64,000 nucleotides of DNA from Eledone cirrhosa. Taxonomy: Eukaryota. The notes beneath the pieces were generated by a model that had not been told where the DNA came from, ran no database searches, and was given only the letters and a program-made list of their open reading frames with translations. Numbering within the stretch: the first letter of the stretch is position 1; the number at the start of each line of letters is the position of its first letter. The stretch is from positions 185,318,001 through 185,382,000 of the forward strand of contig OZ024741.1 of assembly GCA_964016885.1 (NCBI GenBank), read 5' to 3'. Position numbers and translations under genes: made by a program. Positions 59,959-64,000 of the stretch are shown here, one piece after another.

Positions 59959-60304
59959 TCGTTTTAAAAACAATCAGATTTTCAAAGTTAATGCTAACAT
60001 TAATTGCAAAACAAACTTAATTTACTGGGCAACCTGCCCACAATGTAAAGAATACTACATTGGTGAAACCGGAACGGGTCTACATAACAGAGTTCGTGTA
60101 CATAAACAACAAATTAGAGATCCCTCTGTCAGAAACACCACATGCAGTGAATACTTTGCAACATGTGTAAAGGGAAAATTCAAAATTTTCCCCTTCTTTA
60201 AGATATGGTCGGACAACGAACATTTCCGGAAATATAAAGAAGAGTTCTTCATTAGAAAGAACAAACCACTACTGAATATTGAAAAAGGAAAGATATTGAA
60301 ATAG
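59958..60304 (+). pseudogene. PLE GIY-YIG endonuclease, probable 3' part of the 57.2 kb element
   Basis: FKVNANINCKTNLIYWATCPQCKEYYIGETGTGLHNRVRVHKQQI...EEFFIRKNKPLLN. Confidence 0.85.
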
Positions 60305-60539
60305 TAGTTGATGACACACGTACTTTAAAACATTCGATAGTTGAAGAGAAGAACAACCCTCGGAGGTACACTATCATTTCATTAATTCCCCCACCCCAAT
60401 GTATATGTGAACTTAAATACTTGAAGTGATGTGTATACATATGTGTGTAGCTGTGTATGTAGGTGTACAGTTATGTGTATACATGTGTGTGTATACATGT
60501 GTGCATGCATGTGTGTGTGTGTGTGTGTGTGTGTATAAA

Positions 60540-60579
<40 letters not shown>

Positions 60580-61178
60580 CATGTATATATATATATGTGT
60601 GTGTGTGTGTGTATATGTATATATGTATATACATGTATATATATATATGTGTGTGTATGTGTGTATATGTAGGTGTATATATGTGTGTGTGTTTATGTGC
60701 ATGTATGTATACAGGCTGTAAATACGTTTACATGTAGGGAAGTGAATATGTAAGCTAGCATGAAACAAACACACACACTTCCCCTCCCAAACCAATATCC
60801 CCAACTTACATATCTGACAAATATTCCAAAACTATCCTTATTTTTCTCTTTGCTGTCATCCCATCCCAAAAAGCATGTATCTTACACCTCATTACCCCCC
60901 CCCCCCCCCCAACCACCACCACCACCAGATGCACACCTATACTGATCTTCAATATAGAAATTGTTAAAGGTATACTTTATAGTTGATTCAGCTATAAGAA
61001 AGGAATTTGAAAAACATCTGCCATTATATTCATCAGAGGTCATTTATTGAAATGGAACCACCAGCAGGCCACATTTACAGCACCTTTCTTAAAAACTCTT
61101 TAAACAACACAACACCATTCCAATCAATTATCTTGCTGTTACTATTAACTATTTTCTGTATATATTCATATATTTATA

Positions 61179-61242
<64 letters not shown>

Positions 61243-61247
<5 letters not shown>

Positions 61248-61360
61248 TTGTTCCTACTTTTAGCACAAGGCCAGCAATTACCCAGTGCGTTACTGGTACT
61301 TTATTTTATCGACCCCGTAAGGATGAAAGGCAAAGTCAACCTCGGCGGGATTTGAACTCA
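61243..61360 (-). mobile_element. 5'-truncated SINE
   Basis: gcacaaggccagcaattacccagtgcgttactggtactttattttatcgaccccgtaaggatgaaaggcaaagtcaacctcggcgggatttgaactca. Confidence 0.88.
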
Positions 61361-61394
61361 ATATATATACATTATATTAATAAATATATATATA

Positions 61395-62371
61395 TATATA
61401 TATATTATATTATATATTATATTATATATTATATTATATATTATATTATATATTATATTATATATTATATTATATATTATATTATATATTATATTATATA
61501 TTATATTATATATTATATTATATATTATATTATATATTATATTATATATTATATTATATATTATATTATATATTATATTATATATTATATTATATATTAT
61601 ATTATATATTATATTATATATTATATTATATATTATATTATATATTATATTATATATTATATTATATATTATATTATATATTATATTATATTATATATTA
61701 TATTATATATTATATTATATATTATATTATATTATATATTATATTATATATTATATTATATATTATATTATATATTATATTATATATTATATTATATTAT
61801 ATATTATATTATATATTATATTATATATTATATTATATATTATATTATATATTATATTATATAATATATTATATATTATATTATATATTATATTATATAT
61901 TATATTATATATTATATTATATATTATATTATATATTATATTATATATTATATTATATATTATATTATATATTATATTATATATTATATTATATATTATA
62001 TTATATATTATATTATATATTATATTATATATTATATTATATATTATATTATATATTATATTATATATTATATTATATATTATATTATATATTATATTAT
62101 ATATTATATTATATATTATATTATATATTATATTATATATTATATTATATATTATATTATATATTATATTATATATTATATTATATATTATATTATATAT
62201 TATATTATATATTATATTATATATTATATTATATATTATATTATATATTATATTATATATTATATTATATATTATATTATATATTATATTATATATTATA
62301 TTATATATTATATTATATATTATATTATATATTATATTATATATTATATTATATATTATATTATATATTAT
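61395..62371. repeat. ~1-kb pure A/T 12-bp minisatellite (ATTATATATTAT)n
   Basis: Homogeneous tandem without G or C. Confidence 0.95.
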
Positions 62372-62578
62372 GTTAATAAATGGAAACTTTATTTATAAAA
62401 CCATAATTATTTTATTATATATATTTCAAGGGCAACCAAGGCAAATTTTGGTGCGCTTCCATCAGATAAAATACAAAATTTGTTTTATAAATGTTGACAT
62501 ACCCGCCGAAGAACAACCTTGACGGTTGGAGGTTCGCTGGATAGTCTGTATATATATAGTTTGTATATATATATATAT

Positions 62579-62845
62579 ATTGAAGATCTTGAGGATCTTC
62601 GGTTGAGTGATTACAACTCTAGCAGTGATGAAGGAGATGTTGTCAATGACAACAAGGTACCAGGGTTGACGTTAGCAACGACGGGCGGGAAAGATAAGAA
62701 ACGGAAGCAAGCACCATCATCGTTATCAGCAGAACATCACAAAGGAAAAACAAAGAAAATGTCAAAAAGACGTCCAAAAGTTGCAATACAGTATGAGACC
62801 GAGCTGGAGCAACCTTCCACCTCCAAAGAGAAGTTGAAATATTGA
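62579..62845 (+). pseudogene. MAK16: Probable C-terminal fragment of ribosome biogenesis factor MAK16 (terminal exon or truncated retrocopy)
   Basis: Acidic IEDLED..SSSDE, basic tract, then RRPKVAIQYETE, resembling the conserved MAK16 terminal motif KR..VEIEYE.E. Recognised from memory, not aligned. Confidence 0.5.
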
Positions 62846-63246
62846 AATGTTATTGGAGGTCTGGAATGAGGGTGATGGGGGTGGGTTGAGGTGGTGTGGG
62901 TGAACTGGAATTTAAACATTTTGCACCTTTTTGTCTGTGTATGTATGTGTGTAAGTAGGTATGTATATATGTAGGTGTGTATGTAGGTATGTATTTATAT
63001 ATGTAGTTATGTGTATTTATGTATGTAGGTATGTGTAGATATGTATGTATATATGTAGGTATGTATGTGTGTATGTATGTATATATGTAGGTATGTGTGT
63101 ATGTATGTATATATGTAGGTATGTATGTGTGTATGTAGGTATGTAGGTATATATGTATATATGTAGGTATGTATGTATGTATGTATTTATGTAGGTATAT
63201 ATGTATATATGTAGGTATGTATATATATATGTAGGTATGTATGTAT

Positions 63247-63776
63247 CTGCAACCCCTCCAAGCTTTCTTGGTGAGGAGGGTGACTTTGGACATCCTGCAG
63301 GACTAAAAACAAAACCTGTCAAAGGGCAAAGGAGCTCTTAAAAGTCAATGGCCATCCAAACTCAGCGGGAGAGATGACCCCTAAGCCTTTGTCAAGGCAG
63401 AATTCTAGGAGAAGGAAAACTCTGATATAACACCTGCAACTCTGATGGTATCCAATGATGTTGACGTGTTCTTCTTTTTGGTAAATATCATCTTGCTTAA
63501 GAGAGTGGGACTGGCTTTGTGCAGTGCCTTTGCTCACTATAAAAGTTCACGGCACAGGCATTGCTTTATATCTGGAGATCTCTCTGCACTTGTCGTCACA
63601 TGGTACCATGGGCCCAGCACTATGTGTCAATAATTGTCACAAGTGTAGTGTTTGTACCAGAGTTTTCAAGTCGCTGACTGGACTAAAAAGTCACACTCGT
63701 TCAGCGCATCGCTAGGAGTTCTCCTACATGGATATAAAGTAGTGGCCGTACTAGAAAACGAGTTGACAGCCACCAT
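63247..63776 (+). mobile_element. Internally deleted RTE-derived non-autonomous element
   Basis: RTE-like 5' UTR motifs (aaaacctgtcaaaggg; tctaggagaaggaaaactctga) joined to a terminal finger [25 protein letters not shown] and a short 3' UTR ending in (AT)n. Confidence 0.55.
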
Positions 63777-63825
63777 ATATGGATATATATATATATATTA
63801 TATATATATATATATATGTATATAC

Positions 63826-64000
<175 letters not shown>

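Noticed and set aside
60933-60972. Possible HHR downstream of the 60 kb GIY-YIG
   Set aside because: CTGATCT core and unpaired stems; could be chance.

Overview
AT-rich, gene-poor, microsatellite-saturated animal genomic DNA. The tRNA-derived SINEs resemble octopus SINEs, so a cephalopod source is inferred. About 26 kb (6.05-32.75 kb) is a 27-bp satellite with higher-order duplications, followed by a related 15-bp satellite; the long Leu/Val/Asn/Thr ORFs there are repeat artefacts. The flanks hold decayed Penelope-like element (PLE) remnants: three GIY-YIG fragments of one type and one RT + GIY-YIG element of another. There are also RTE-LINE fragments, SINEs and a probable MAK16 C-terminal fragment. 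The main unannotated signal is about 20 complete, degenerate or half type I hammerhead ribozyme (HHR) motifs from about a dozen unrelated sequence families. Several lie in non-coding tandem ~290-520 bp units, two arrays with an inverted leader, that look like PLE-mobilised retrozymes able to yield unit-length or circular RNA. All folds were derived by eye, and ribozyme activity is inferred, not shown.
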